Shown here: one piece after another, positions 51,229 to 61,007 of the stretch
Position numbering within the stretch: the stretch's first letter is position 1
Layout: every line of letters starts with the position of its first letter
From: an uncultured Acidimicrobiales bacterium
GTDB taxonomy: Bacteria > Actinomycetota > Acidimicrobiia > Acidimicrobiales > UBA10347
Assembly (NCBI GenBank): GCA_943788915.1
Contig: CALSSD010000006.1
Coordinates: 248,001 to 312,000, forward strand
Direction: 5' to 3'
DNA: 64,000 nt
Notes under the pieces: model-generated
What the model was told of the DNA's origin: nothing
Database searches by the model: none
What the model saw: the letters and a program-made list of their open reading frames with translations, nothing else
Program-made: the position numbers and the translations under genes

Positions 51229-51891
51229 TTAGGCCAGCGAGTAGAGGTAGCCGGCCTTGGTGCGTTCGTGTTGGTGGAAGAGGCCGAGCGGTCGGAAGCA
51301 GTACGCGATCCGTTGGGCAATGTCGCGGGGCACGTTTGCTGCCTCGGCGAGATCGGCGGTCGTGAAGCGAGTCGGCAGGTCCTGGGTTGGAACAAGATCC
51401 AGCAAGTCCCCGGCTGTCTCGAATCGGTGGGTGCTGTGAATCGCACGCAACGACCGATTGACGGTGCGGAAGCCACCACGTCCACGTCGGGCTGTGGGAT
51501 CCTCGACCTGGGTCTTGTTGACCGACACGAGCAGCGCTTCGATGGTCAGGTTTGGGTGATCGATGAGTGTCGGAACACTGACGAGTTCTTCGAACAGGCT
51601 GTAGATCGATCCACGTTTGGGAGATTTGCGAGGATTCTTGCCCGGGCGATCGAGGTAGGTCGCAACGGCGATGGGGTGCACCAGCAGAATCTGGTAGTCA
51701 GGGAGCAGATGATCCAGCTTCTTGCCCATCGACGCAAATGAGACGGTTTGGACCTCGATCAGCTCCGAGCCTCGTTTGATATCGATCACGAACCTGTCCA
51801 GTGGCACCTCGAATTCGTCGCCAGGCTGGGCGTACAGCTTCTTGAGCGCAGCGTGTAGCGAGCCCTCATTTAGGGTTCCAATGTCGCTCAA
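51229..51891 (-). CDS. Hypothetical protein, PD-(D/E)XK-like N-terminus and C-terminal HTH-like segment
   Basis: E.SLHAALK, E..L..FVID..LIEVQT, FTTADLAE. Confidence 0.6.
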   Translation of the reverse strand: MSDIGTLNEGSLHAALKKLYAQPGDEFEVPLDRFVIDIKRGSELIEVQTVSFASMGKKLDHLLPDYQILLVHPIAVATYLDRPGKNPRKSPKRGSIYSLFEELVSVPTLIDHPNLTIEALLVSVNKTQVEDPTARRGRGGFRTVNRSLRAIHSTHRFETAGDLLDLVPTQDLPTRFTTADLAEAANVPRDIAQRIAYCFRPLGLFHQHERTKAGYLYSLA

Positions 51892-51897
51892 GGGGCG

Positions 51898-52479
51898 TTA
51901 CTCGACGTCTGCGAGGGTGGGTGGTGTGGCAGCGAACGTTTCGGGCACACCGTTCACATGGCCATGGGCGCAGGTCCGGAGCGACTCGTCCTGATTGTAG
52001 TTGTGCATGGCCGCGGCAAGTTCGGTCTCGATATTGCTGAGATGAAAGGTCACCCGGCTGACTTCGTCGCCGCACACGTCACAGAACCAGACCAATGAAT
52101 CAAACAATTCTTCAGGACGAGGGCGTTCGATAACAAGACCCCAGGTATTTGCAGGACGAAGCGGCGAGTGGGGGACGTTGGCGGGCACGAGCATGACCTG
52201 GCCTTCGTGGATCCAATGCTCCTGGCGTTTTCCATCGATCATGAGATCTAGTCGGATAGACCCCTTGAGCTGCATGAAAACTTCGTCGAACGGATCAATA
52301 TGGAAGTCACTGCGGGCATTGGGACCACGAATCACCATGAAGATCTGGTCGCTGTCTTTCCACACGACCTTGTTCGACACTGGCGGTTCGAAGGCTTCAG
52401 CGTTGTCTGTAATCCACTGCTGTAGATCGAGTGGTCGGGCGCGTGGGGCCTCGCTCTGGTGTTCCGGCTTTGGGGTCAT
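51898..52479 (-). CDS. nbaC: 3-hydroxyanthranilate 3,4-dioxygenase
   Basis: PPVSNK, GPNARSDFH, QLKG, VPHSP, W.CDVC. Confidence 0.85.
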   Translation of the reverse strand: MTPKPEHQSEAPRARPLDLQQWITDNAEAFEPPVSNKVVWKDSDQIFMVIRGPNARSDFHIDPFDEVFMQLKGSIRLDLMIDGKRQEHWIHEGQVMLVPANVPHSPLRPANTWGLVIERPRPEELFDSLVWFCDVCGDEVSRVTFHLSNIETELAAAMHNYNQDESLRTCAHGHVNGVPETFAATPPTLADVE

Positions 52480-52498
52480 GAGTGACTCACTTCGGTGC

Positions 52499-52828
52499 TC
52501 ACGCGGTCAGGGCAACAACAAATACGGCGACAAGAGCCAGGAAAACAATGCATGCAACGAAGACGGCGATCTTGTCGGCAATCGGGCCTCGTCTGATCGG
52601 TAACAGAGCATCTTCGATTGGTTCTGCCGGAACGGATGTGGTGACGGCCATCGGGGCGAAGTCGATTCCAGGTGGATCAATGCCGCGACCGCCACGTTCG
52701 GTGCGGACCTTTTCGCTCCAACCCGTGCCGTCCCACCACCGATGTGAATGGCGTCCGAACGGATCTGCATGCCAGCCAACCTGGCGTGCTGCATCGCCCA
52801 TGAGTGGGTCGAAATCGTCGGTCGGCAT
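52499..52828 (-). CDS. DUF2510-domain membrane protein
   Basis: GWHADP..RWWDGTGWS plus C-terminal TM. Confidence 0.75.
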   Translation of the reverse strand: MPTDDFDPLMGDAARQVGWHADPFGRHSHRWWDGTGWSEKVRTERGGRGIDPPGIDFAPMAVTTSVPAEPIEDALLPIRRGPIADKIAVFVACIVFLALVAVFVVALTA

Positions 52829-52883
52829 CAGACAACGATAGTGCGTGGTCCGTGCTTTGTCTGGGCCAACAATTGTCTGGGGG

Positions 52884-53405
52884 TCAGTCGATGGCAGCCG
52901 GCGCCTTCAATTGATCGGCGAGCATCCGAACAACATCGGCAATTGGTGGGGCTTCTTCGACACCGAGTGCCTCGAGACTGAAGAGGGCAGTGGTGACTTC
53001 GCCCTCGGCGGTGAGCTCGGCGGTCAACTGCGACGGGGCCCACTGGTCGCTGGCAATAGTTACCTGCAAGAGGTTGGCTTCGCGGTCGGCATAACTCAAA
53101 TGCCCGATCTCGTCGGCGGCCTGACATAGACGCGCAAACACATCACCAGGTCGGGCGTACAGCACCATAAGGCCGAGACCATCGTCTTCGACTACGTGTT
53201 GGGGCAGCGGCAACGTGCCGTCTTCGGTCAATGTACGCAGAGCACGAAACGCAGCCACCACAGCCGCTGTCTGTTCGGTCGAAGCACTATCGCTCGCCGT
53301 GTCGGGATGGCTTGCCATCAACCGGTCGCGATAGGCGCTTCGCACCGCATCCCAATCACATGGCGGCTGGAGCCCTAGCACTGACAACGCGTCGACGACC
53401 TCCAC
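52884..53405 (-). CDS. J-domain (DnaJ-like) protein
   Basis: LSVLGL..VRSAYR..HPD; leaderless TAGCGT-7nt-GTG 53405. Confidence 0.75.
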   Translation of the reverse strand: MEVVDALSVLGLQPPCDWDAVRSAYRDRLMASHPDTASDSASTEQTAAVVAAFRALRTLTEDGTLPLPQHVVEDDGLGLMVLYARPGDVFARLCQAADEIGHLSYADREANLLQVTIASDQWAPSQLTAELTAEGEVTTALFSLEALGVEEAPPIADVVRMLADQLKAPAAID

Positions 53406-53504
53406 GAACGAAACGCTATCGCAGCGGCCCATGGCATGGCCCACCCAGCCACTAATCAGCGTGAAAACTCAGACCGGGCAGTGGTTGCACGCCAAAACGA
53501 AGCA

Positions 53505-53542
53505 TCGGTCACCGGTAGCTCGTACAAGCAACCGGTGACCGA
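53505..53542 (-). terminator. Terminator of hppA
   Basis: 12-bp stem TCGGTCACCGGT/ACCGGTGACCGA, T-rich tail on minus strand. Confidence 0.7.
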
Positions 53543-53578
53543 CCATCCCCCCTGAAAGGTCTTCAGCTTGTCTTGATT

Positions 53579-55666
53579 TTAGACGAAGGCTGAAGCAAAG
53601 ATCAGCGACACGATAGTCATGACCTTGATCAAAATGTTCATTGCTGGACCCGACGTGTCCTTGAACGGATCGCCGACGGTGTCGCCGATCACTGCAGCTG
53701 CGTGGGCATCGCTGCCCTTGCCGCCGTGGTTGCCAGCTTCGATGTACTTCTTGGCATTGTCCCAAGCGCCACCGGCGTTGGACATGTAGATGGCCAGGGC
53801 GAAGCCGCTGACGAGTGAGCCAGCAAGGAAGCCACCGAGTGCATTGACGTCGATGAAGCCGATGACCAAAGGAACGATGATGGCGAGACCACCAGGAATC
53901 ACCATTTCCTTGAGTGAAGCTTCGGTCGAGATAGCAACACAACGTGCGCTGTCAGGCTTGACGCCCTCTTTGCCTTCACGCAGACCCGGGATTTCACGGA
54001 ACTGGCGGCGGACTTCTTCGATCATCGCCGCGGCGGCACGGCCAACAGCGTCGATCGTGAGCGCAGCGAACACGAACGGCAACATCGCACCGAGGAACAA
54101 GCCGATGAAGACTTCGACGTTGCCGATGTCCAGGTTCAAGCTTTCGGCAGGGTTGGCGGCGGTGATTGCCTGGTCGAACGAAGCGAACAGTGCAAGGGCG
54201 GTGAGTGCGGCGGAACCAACGGCGAAGCCCTTGGCCACAGCAGCAGTGGTATTTCCAAGTGAGTCGAGCGAGTCGGTGACTTCACGAACTTCTGGAGGAA
54301 GCTCAGCCATCTCGGCAATACCGCCTGCGTTGTCAGCGATGGGGCCGTATGCATCGACACCGACCACCACACCGGTGGTTGCGAGCATGCCGATAGCAGC
54401 GATTGCAACACCGTAAATACCAGCTTCTTGGGTATCGCCGAGAGCTTGTTGGCCTGCCCAGTAGGAAGCGCCAACAGCTGCAGCGATCAGGGACACAGAT
54501 GCGCCTACCGACATCATGCCGGAGCTGATGCCCTTGAGGATCACGGTTGCAGGGCCGGTTTGCGTTTGTTCTGCGATCTGCTTTACGAAGCGGTATTCGT
54601 CGCTGGTCCAGATCTCGGCAACCTTGCCGATCATCCAACCTGCAGCAAGACCGAAGATCACGGCGAGCGGAATACCCCAACGAGCGTCGCCGTCGAAGAC
54701 CATGTAGCCACCGACAAAGACACCGATGACTGCAATGCCCATGGCCACGTTGGTGCCCATGTGGAGTGCGTGCGAGAGATCTTTGATCTTGGACGATTCG
54801 CCGCTGCGAACCATGAAGCTACCGACGATCGAGCCGATCATGCCGACGAAGGCGACAACGAACGGGAACAAGATGAGATTGAGCGTGGTGGCATTAACGG
54901 GAGACCAGCCGCTGGCTACGGCGAAGGCGGTGAACGCCATCGGTGCAATGATCGAGCCGCTGTAGCTTTCGAAGAGGTCAGCACCCATACCGGCAACGTC
55001 GCCGACGTTGTCGCCCACATTGTCAGCAATGGTTGCCGGGTTACGTGGATCGTCTTCGGGGATGCCGGCCTCGACCTTGCCGACCAAGTCAGCACCGACG
55101 TCGGCAGCCTTGGTGTAGATACCGCCGCCTACACGGCTGAAGAGAGCGATCGAGCTTGCGCCCAGACCGAATGCAGTAATGATTTCGAATGATTCGACGG
55201 AAGTATCTCGCGGCGCCCATTCAACGAAGAGCAGGTAGAGAAAGCTCAAACCGAGCAGGCTCAGACCGGCTACCGAGAAGCCCATAACAGCTCCACCCTT
55301 GAAAGCCAAAGGCAACGCCTTTTGTGGGCCTTCGATGGCTGCGTTGGTGGTACGAGCGTTGGCCATGGTGGCCACCGTCATACCTGCCCAGCCAGCACCG
55401 GCGGACAAGATCGCACCGATCACATAACTGACCGCCGATAGCGGGTTCAGCAGGACTGCGATAAGCACAATCATGATGACAACGAATCCAGCGACCCAGG
55501 TGTATTCCTTCTTGAGGAATGCCCGGGATCCATCTTGGATCTCTTTCATCAAGTACTGCATCCGGTCATTACCCGGATCAGCCGCCTTGACGACGTTGAA
55601 AAAATAAGCAGCCAAGGCCAGTGCCGCTACGGCACTACCTCCGGCTAGGTACGGAATGGCGTCCAC
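53579..55666 (-). CDS. hppA: Membrane pyrophosphatase, K+-dependent, predicted Na+-translocating
   Basis: GGGIYTKAADVGADLVGK, DNVGDNVGD, DLFESY, GNTTAA, GGAWDNAKK, GDTVGDPFKDTSGP. Confidence 0.92.
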   Translation of the reverse strand: MDAIPYLAGGSAVAALALAAYFFNVVKAADPGNDRMQYLMKEIQDGSRAFLKKEYTWVAGFVVIMIVLIAVLLNPLSAVSYVIGAILSAGAGWAGMTVATMANARTTNAAIEGPQKALPLAFKGGAVMGFSVAGLSLLGLSFLYLLFVEWAPRDTSVESFEIITAFGLGASSIALFSRVGGGIYTKAADVGADLVGKVEAGIPEDDPRNPATIADNVGDNVGDVAGMGADLFESYSGSIIAPMAFTAFAVASGWSPVNATTLNLILFPFVVAFVGMIGSIVGSFMVRSGESSKIKDLSHALHMGTNVAMGIAVIGVFVGGYMVFDGDARWGIPLAVIFGLAAGWMIGKVAEIWTSDEYRFVKQIAEQTQTGPATVILKGISSGMMSVGASVSLIAAAVGASYWAGQQALGDTQEAGIYGVAIAAIGMLATTGVVVGVDAYGPIADNAGGIAEMAELPPEVREVTDSLDSLGNTTAAVAKGFAVGSAALTALALFASFDQAITAANPAESLNLDIGNVEVFIGLFLGAMLPFVFAALTIDAVGRAAAAMIEEVRRQFREIPGLREGKEGVKPDSARCVAISTEASLKEMVIPGGLAIIVPLVIGFIDVNALGGFLAGSLVSGFALAIYMSNAGGAWDNAKKYIEAGNHGGKGSDAHAAAVIGDTVGDPFKDTSGPAMNILIKVMTIVSLIFASAFV

Positions 55667-55833
55667 GTTGACGTTTCCCTCTCGCGCGTGGTTACAGCGG
55701 TCAGACATTACAGGGTCCGACTCGACAGGCAATCTAATGGTTGGAGTTTCCCGAATCGCGTTCCTGAACGAGTTTCCGCGGATTTCGCGTCTACGTTCAG
55801 CACAATTGCCGGTCTGGATCTACAGTCGACGGC

Positions 55834-56499
55834 GTGCTCGATTCGCCCGAACGTTCCGCAGTCCGCACTGCAGGGCGGACTGCGCGGCAATTAATTACGG
55901 GTGAAGAACGGCGTGTTCGCGAGGCACATCTGATCACACACCTTGGGTCGTTGCACGCGGTGCGGGCTGCACGAAGTGTTGGCGTATTCGTCGCACATGA
56001 TGGAGAACCGAACCTGCAGCCGATCATCGAGCAGTTGTGGCGAGATGGTCAAACGGTTGCGGTCCCGGTGCTCGCCGATGATGCAGCAGACCACAACATG
56101 TCGTTCGTTCCCTGGCACGGCGGCGAATGGTCCGGAGGCGAATGGCATGGAGGCGAGCAGCTTGTCCCTGGTCGTTACGATATTCCCGTGCCGCCAGATC
56201 CGGAACGAGCCGCTATCCGACCAGACACGCTGCTGGTGTCATTGACGGCGTTCGACTCAAACGGCGGCCGTATGGGTCGAGGCGGTGGTTTTTTCGATCG
56301 GTACCTGGCGGACTACCTCGGCTGCATCGTTGGTGTGGGATTCGAGACCCAACGCACTGACCACGTGCCCGTGGAACCACACGACGTGCGGTTGCCGACG
56401 ATGGTCACAGATCTTGGCGTGCGGCTGATGACAAGAAAGCACGACCAATACCGAGGGAATCGCGGCGCCATCGGCAAGGATGGATTACCGTGCGAGTAA
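55834..56499 (+). CDS. 5-formyltetrahydrofolate cyclo-ligase
   Basis: FD..GGRMGRGGGFFDRYL, EPHD. Confidence 0.85.
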   Translation: MLDSPERSAVRTAGRTARQLITGEERRVREAHLITHLGSLHAVRAARSVGVFVAHDGEPNLQPIIEQLWRDGQTVAVPVLADDAADHNMSFVPWHGGEWSGGEWHGGEQLVPGRYDIPVPPDPERAAIRPDTLLVSLTAFDSNGGRMGRGGGFFDRYLADYLGCIVGVGFETQRTDHVPVEPHDVRLPTMVTDLGVRLMTRKHDQYRGNRGAIGKDGLPCE

Positions 56500-57839
56500 T
56501 CGTTGTAGGAGCAGGCGAGGTTGGCACCCATGTGGCCCAACTTCTGAGCCGTGAAGGCAGCGACGTCATCGTCATTGAATGTAATGCTGCGCGCATTGCG
56601 CAGATCGACAAGTTGCTCGACGTCACCATCGTTCACGGCAGTGCTACCGACCCCGAGGTCATGCGTGCGGCTGGCATTGCCGAAACTGACCTACTTGTTG
56701 CCGCGACTTCGATAGACGAGGTCAACTTGGTGGCATCACTTATTGCAAAGCTCGAAGGGGTTGAGCGGCGGGTTGTTCGCCTTGAGAGCCCAGGGCTGCG
56801 CGGTTCTCGGGCACAGCGGCTGCACGAAGCGGTTGGCGCCGATCTGGTGATCGATCCCGATGATGCCGTGGCTCGCGAAGTTCTGGATCTGCTCGCGTAT
56901 CCGGGTGCGATAGAAATTGCCCGCCTTGCCGACAACGAAGTGCTCATGATCGGGGCGATGCTCGGTGAGTCAGCTCCTTTCGTCGGGCAGACTCTGAGCG
57001 ACATCGGCGCTCGTTACAGTCCCGACTGGGATTTTATTGTCGGCACCATCACCCGCGATGGCAAGACGATTGTGCCTCGCAAGGACCATCAACTACAGGC
57101 CGGTGACAATGTTCGGGTGGTCTGCAAGACCCGAGCCCGTGCCGATGTCATGAACCAGTTGGGTTTGGCCTCAGGCGAGGCTCACCGCATCATGGTGCTC
57201 GGTGGCGGTCGCACCGGCGAGATTCTGGCTCGCGCACTGGTATCCAAAGGTCATGTCGTCACCATCATCGACCGCAGCGAAGAACGAGCCCGAGAACTCG
57301 CCGACGAACTCGAGGGCGTGCTGGTGCTGCTTGGCGATATCACCGACGCTGCGCTTCTCGAAGAAGAAGACGTCGGCAGCTACGACGCTGTCATTGCGTT
57401 GACCGGCGAGGACGACGCGAACATCTTGGCCTGCCTTTTTGCCAAGAAGGCCGGCGCCAAGGAGACCATTGCGGTCCTCCACCGCCTTGAGCTTCGACAT
57501 CTACTGCGCGATGCAGGTGTCGATGTCGCGATTTCACCCCGTACCGCGAGCGCAAACGAGGTCCTTCGCACCTTGCGCGGTGGCGTTACCGCCGTTGCAA
57601 CGTCTCTTGATGACGACATCGAGATCTACGAAGTCGAGGTTGGGCACGGAGCGATGGCCAATGGCAAGAAAATCTCCGAGCTGGGTTTGGCCCACGACAC
57701 ACTTATCGCTGCCATCGTGCGCAACGGTAAACCACAGATCGGTAGGGGCTACTCCGAGTTACAGGCCTTCGACCATGTGGTGTTCGTGGCCCATGGCAAG
57801 GACGTAGACCAACTCAGCCGACTCTTCACCGGTTCCTGA
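56490..57839 (+). CDS. trkA: Trk system regulatory subunit TrkA
   Basis: Two RCK-N (GAGEVG, GGGRTG) and two RCK-C domains. Confidence 0.9.
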   Translation: MRVIVVGAGEVGTHVAQLLSREGSDVIVIECNAARIAQIDKLLDVTIVHGSATDPEVMRAAGIAETDLLVAATSIDEVNLVASLIAKLEGVERRVVRLESPGLRGSRAQRLHEAVGADLVIDPDDAVAREVLDLLAYPGAIEIARLADNEVLMIGAMLGESAPFVGQTLSDIGARYSPDWDFIVGTITRDGKTIVPRKDHQLQAGDNVRVVCKTRARADVMNQLGLASGEAHRIMVLGGGRTGEILARALVSKGHVVTIIDRSEERARELADELEGVLVLLGDITDAALLEEEDVGSYDAVIALTGEDDANILACLFAKKAGAKETIAVLHRLELRHLLRDAGVDVAISPRTASANEVLRTLRGGVTAVATSLDDDIEIYEVEVGHGAMANGKKISELGLAHDTLIAAIVRNGKPQIGRGYSELQAFDHVVFVAHGKDVDQLSRLFTGS

Positions 57840-57852
57840 CGCCACCGTTGCT

Positions 57853-59379
57853 GTGACCACGAGGACTACAGCCGAGTCGTTCTCGGACACGAGCGGAAGC
57901 ATGGCACCACCGATTGGTGTCTACGGCAGCAGTTGCGGTTTGGCACTCTCGCTGTCGGGAGTGATGCTTGTACTGAGCGCCCTCTTTTCGATCGGTGACG
58001 ACACACGCGACCTTGCCGTGCTCGCAATTGGGGCGGTCGTGTGCGGAGTGACAGGCGCGACATTGCTCCGACGGCCGTTCTCCACCACCGCATTGCGGCC
58101 CGTGGCCACGATGACGGCAGCTGTTGTTGGATTCGTCCTCGTTGCCCTGATCTCCACGGTGATCTACCTGGCAACCGGCGCTATCGACCGGTTCGACGAC
58201 GCGCTGTATGAGTCAATCGCTGGTGTCAGCACGAGTGCCCTGACTCTCTTCGACGACCCAGCTGTGCTCGGCGATGGCGTCTTGGTCTGGCGTGCAGCCA
58301 CACAATGGCTTGGCGGCCTTGGGGCTATTGCCATGGCTGTGGGTTTGTTACCGTTTCTTGGCGGCTCCCGAGAGCTCGCAGGCGGGCCGCAGCGACGTGC
58401 ACGCACCCGCGATGCACTCTCAACGCGACCGATGCTCGCTATTCGGCGAGTTTCCACGATCTATTGCGTCGTGACTGGCGTTGTTGGTTCGGCGTTGTAT
58501 ATCGCTGGCATGAGCCTGCTCGATGCGGTTGCCCACGCGTTCTCCACAGTGTCGACGGGCGGATTTTCGACGCACGCCGACTCCATCGCCTACTTCGACT
58601 CGGTTGCAATTGAACTGGTGCTTCTTGTCGCGATGCTTGGTGCAGGTTCGTCGGTTGCGTTCGCGTGGCTCCTGTGGCGTCGCAAGATTCGCGAAACTCG
58701 TCGGGCGTTTGAACTGCAGGTATATCTCATGGTGGCAGGGTTGGCCGCTCTGTGGATCTGGTGGCTGCGCCATGATGGGCAAGAAAGCGTGTCCCAAGGT
58801 TTCCGCGACGCACTCTTCACGGTGGTGTCGGTGATGACCACGACGGGTCATCGCATCGCCGATTGGGGAAGTTGGCATCCAGGCGCCACCACGTTGCTGC
58901 TACTGCTCTTGGTCGTTGGTGGTACGGCTGGTTCGGTCGCCGGGGGACTGCGTTGGATTCGTGTTATTGGCTTGGCCCAGTTCGTCTGGCGTGAGCTACA
59001 ACGACAACTTCATCCACGTTCGATCCGAACAGTGAAGGTAGGTCGCTCGACGATCAGCGAGGCATCGGTCGACCGTATGCACGCTCAGATGGTTTACGTC
59101 ATGACGCTCGGTGCGGGCGCATCGTTGGTGCTTGCGTTGTTTGGCGAAGGCATTACCGAGGCCATCACGCTCACGATCAGTGCGATCAGCACAATGGGCC
59201 CAGGTTTCGATGACAGCGGCGGCATCGTGACTGCTGCGGAGCTCTCTCGACCCGAGCGGGCCGTACTCATGCCGGTCATGCTCACAGGTCGAGTCTTCTT
59301 GTACCCCGCGTTCGTAGCGGCAGGCGCTGGTGTTGCCGCTGTTGGTAACGCCAGCCGCAGTATGCGTAAACGCTTATGA
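57853..59379 (+). CDS. trkH: TrkH-family cation transporter (divergent copy)
   Basis: QWLGGLG, STVSTGGFS, TTTG, GSVAGG, MGPG. Confidence 0.8.
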   Translation: MTTRTTAESFSDTSGSMAPPIGVYGSSCGLALSLSGVMLVLSALFSIGDDTRDLAVLAIGAVVCGVTGATLLRRPFSTTALRPVATMTAAVVGFVLVALISTVIYLATGAIDRFDDALYESIAGVSTSALTLFDDPAVLGDGVLVWRAATQWLGGLGAIAMAVGLLPFLGGSRELAGGPQRRARTRDALSTRPMLAIRRVSTIYCVVTGVVGSALYIAGMSLLDAVAHAFSTVSTGGFSTHADSIAYFDSVAIELVLLVAMLGAGSSVAFAWLLWRRKIRETRRAFELQVYLMVAGLAALWIWWLRHDGQESVSQGFRDALFTVVSVMTTTGHRIADWGSWHPGATTLLLLLLVVGGTAGSVAGGLRWIRVIGLAQFVWRELQRQLHPRSIRTVKVGRSTISEASVDRMHAQMVYVMTLGAGASLVLALFGEGITEAITLTISAISTMGPGFDDSGGIVTAAELSRPERAVLMPVMLTGRVFLYPAFVAAGAGVAAVGNASRSMRKRL

Positions 59380-60983
59380 CTCGCAGCATTCGCAGCATTC
59401 GCCGCAGCCCGGCCGACGACCGTGAAGGTTTCACCGTTCAAAAAGGCCGCCACGGTTTCGTGGTGGCACCAACCGTGCACGTCGTTGGTCTTTCCCTGCT
59501 CTTCCTTGCGCCTGGTCTAGTGATTGCCGTTGCGATCGAGTGGGCCTCCGCTACCTCTCACGACGAATGGGCGCTGATCCTGGCTTTGGCGGTGACGGTC
59601 ATCGTTGGCGGCGTCCTCTGGTTCCCGACGTCGGTCGGTAACGGTTTGTCCACCCGAAGTGTGTTCTCGTCGGTTGCATTCAGCTGGATCGCCTGTTCGG
59701 TCGTCGGCGCCGTTCCGTATGCCGCCGGATCGATGTTTGGTTGGGCTCGTTTCGACGATGCCTTGTTCGAGGCCGTCAGCGGGTTCAGCGCTACCGGATC
59801 TACGGTGCTGAACGACATAGAACGCAACGGTGCGGGCATTTTGATGTGGCGCCAGATCACCCAGTTCTACGGTGGTATGGGCATGGTCGTGCTTGCGGTG
59901 ACCGTGTTACCGGTACTAGGCGTTGGTGGCCTGTCACTGATGTCGGCCGAAGCTCCTGGTCTGTCCACTGATCGTCTCGCACCCCGAGTGAGCGAGACGG
60001 CTCGGACCCTGTGGAAGATCTACCTCGGCATCACGCTGGGCGTCACGCTGTTGCTGTGGGCCGTGCCCGGTCCAAACTTGTATGACTCTGTCGCCCACGC
60101 GTTGACGACTGCGTCGACGGGCGGTTTTTCGACATACAACGCCTCGGTGGGTCATTTCGATTCGTGGCTGGTCGAGACGATCATCGTTTTTGGGCTGTTC
60201 GTCTGCGGCATCAACTTCACGCTTCATTACCGGGCGCTTCGTCGGGACTTCACCGGGTACACACGTTCTGCCGATACGCGCGTGTACGTGTACATCACAC
60301 TGGCCGCCATTACGTTCACCACGTTGCTGAACTGGCTGCAAGATGTGCGCGACACCCAAGGACGGATTATCGACACGGGCTTCAGTGGAGCGTTGCGCGA
60401 CTCCACCTTCAACGTAGTAACCCTGGGGTCGAGCGGCGGGTTCGGTAATGCCCGAGGCGTTGACAGCCTTGGCAACTTCGTGTTGTGGAGTCCGCCGTTG
60501 CAGCTCGTCTTATTGCTGCTGATGGTGATTGGTGGAAGCGCAGGCTCGACGTCTGGTGGCGCCAAGGTCTTCCGTATCCAGGTCGCGTTCAACTACGCGG
60601 TGCGCAGCGTGAAGAAATTGCGACATCCGTCCAGCATCGTTCCTGTCAAGCTTGGTCAAGCGCCGGTACCCACCGACAATGTGCACCGGATCATTGGGTT
60701 CTTAACCACGTTCCTGGCCATCACGCTCCTCGGGACCGCACTGGTGACTGCGACTGGGGCTCCGTTTAAGGAGTCGATAAGTGCTTCGATCTCTGCCATG
60801 TCGAACATGGGTCCAGCACTCGGCGAAGCTGGCCCAACGTCGAACTTCTTGTTCTTCGAATCCCGCTTCGCTCGTATGGTGCTGGTGGTGCTCATGCTGA
60901 TCGGACGTCTTGAGCTGTTTGCCGTGCTCCTGATGTTCTCGACACCAGCTGCATCGTTCCGCAAACTGCTTGCGAGGCGGTAG
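59376..60983 (+). CDS. trkH: TrkH-family K+ uptake protein
   Basis: SGFSATG, GGMG, STGGFS, GSTSGGAK, NMGP, GRLE. Confidence 0.88.
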   Translation: MTRSIRSIRRSPADDREGFTVQKGRHGFVVAPTVHVVGLSLLFLAPGLVIAVAIEWASATSHDEWALILALAVTVIVGGVLWFPTSVGNGLSTRSVFSSVAFSWIACSVVGAVPYAAGSMFGWARFDDALFEAVSGFSATGSTVLNDIERNGAGILMWRQITQFYGGMGMVVLAVTVLPVLGVGGLSLMSAEAPGLSTDRLAPRVSETARTLWKIYLGITLGVTLLLWAVPGPNLYDSVAHALTTASTGGFSTYNASVGHFDSWLVETIIVFGLFVCGINFTLHYRALRRDFTGYTRSADTRVYVYITLAAITFTTLLNWLQDVRDTQGRIIDTGFSGALRDSTFNVVTLGSSGGFGNARGVDSLGNFVLWSPPLQLVLLLLMVIGGSAGSTSGGAKVFRIQVAFNYAVRSVKKLRHPSSIVPVKLGQAPVPTDNVHRIIGFLTTFLAITLLGTALVTATGAPFKESISASISAMSNMGPALGEAGPTSNFLFFESRFARMVLVVLMLIGRLELFAVLLMFSTPAASFRKLLARR

Positions 60984-61007
60984 CCCTTCGCCCGTTGTAG
61001 TCAGCCG

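Noticed and set aside
55667..55833. 6S RNA upstream of the cyclo-ligase (as in Proteobacteria)
   Set aside because: Region is short, holds divergent promoters, and shows no long rod with central bubble
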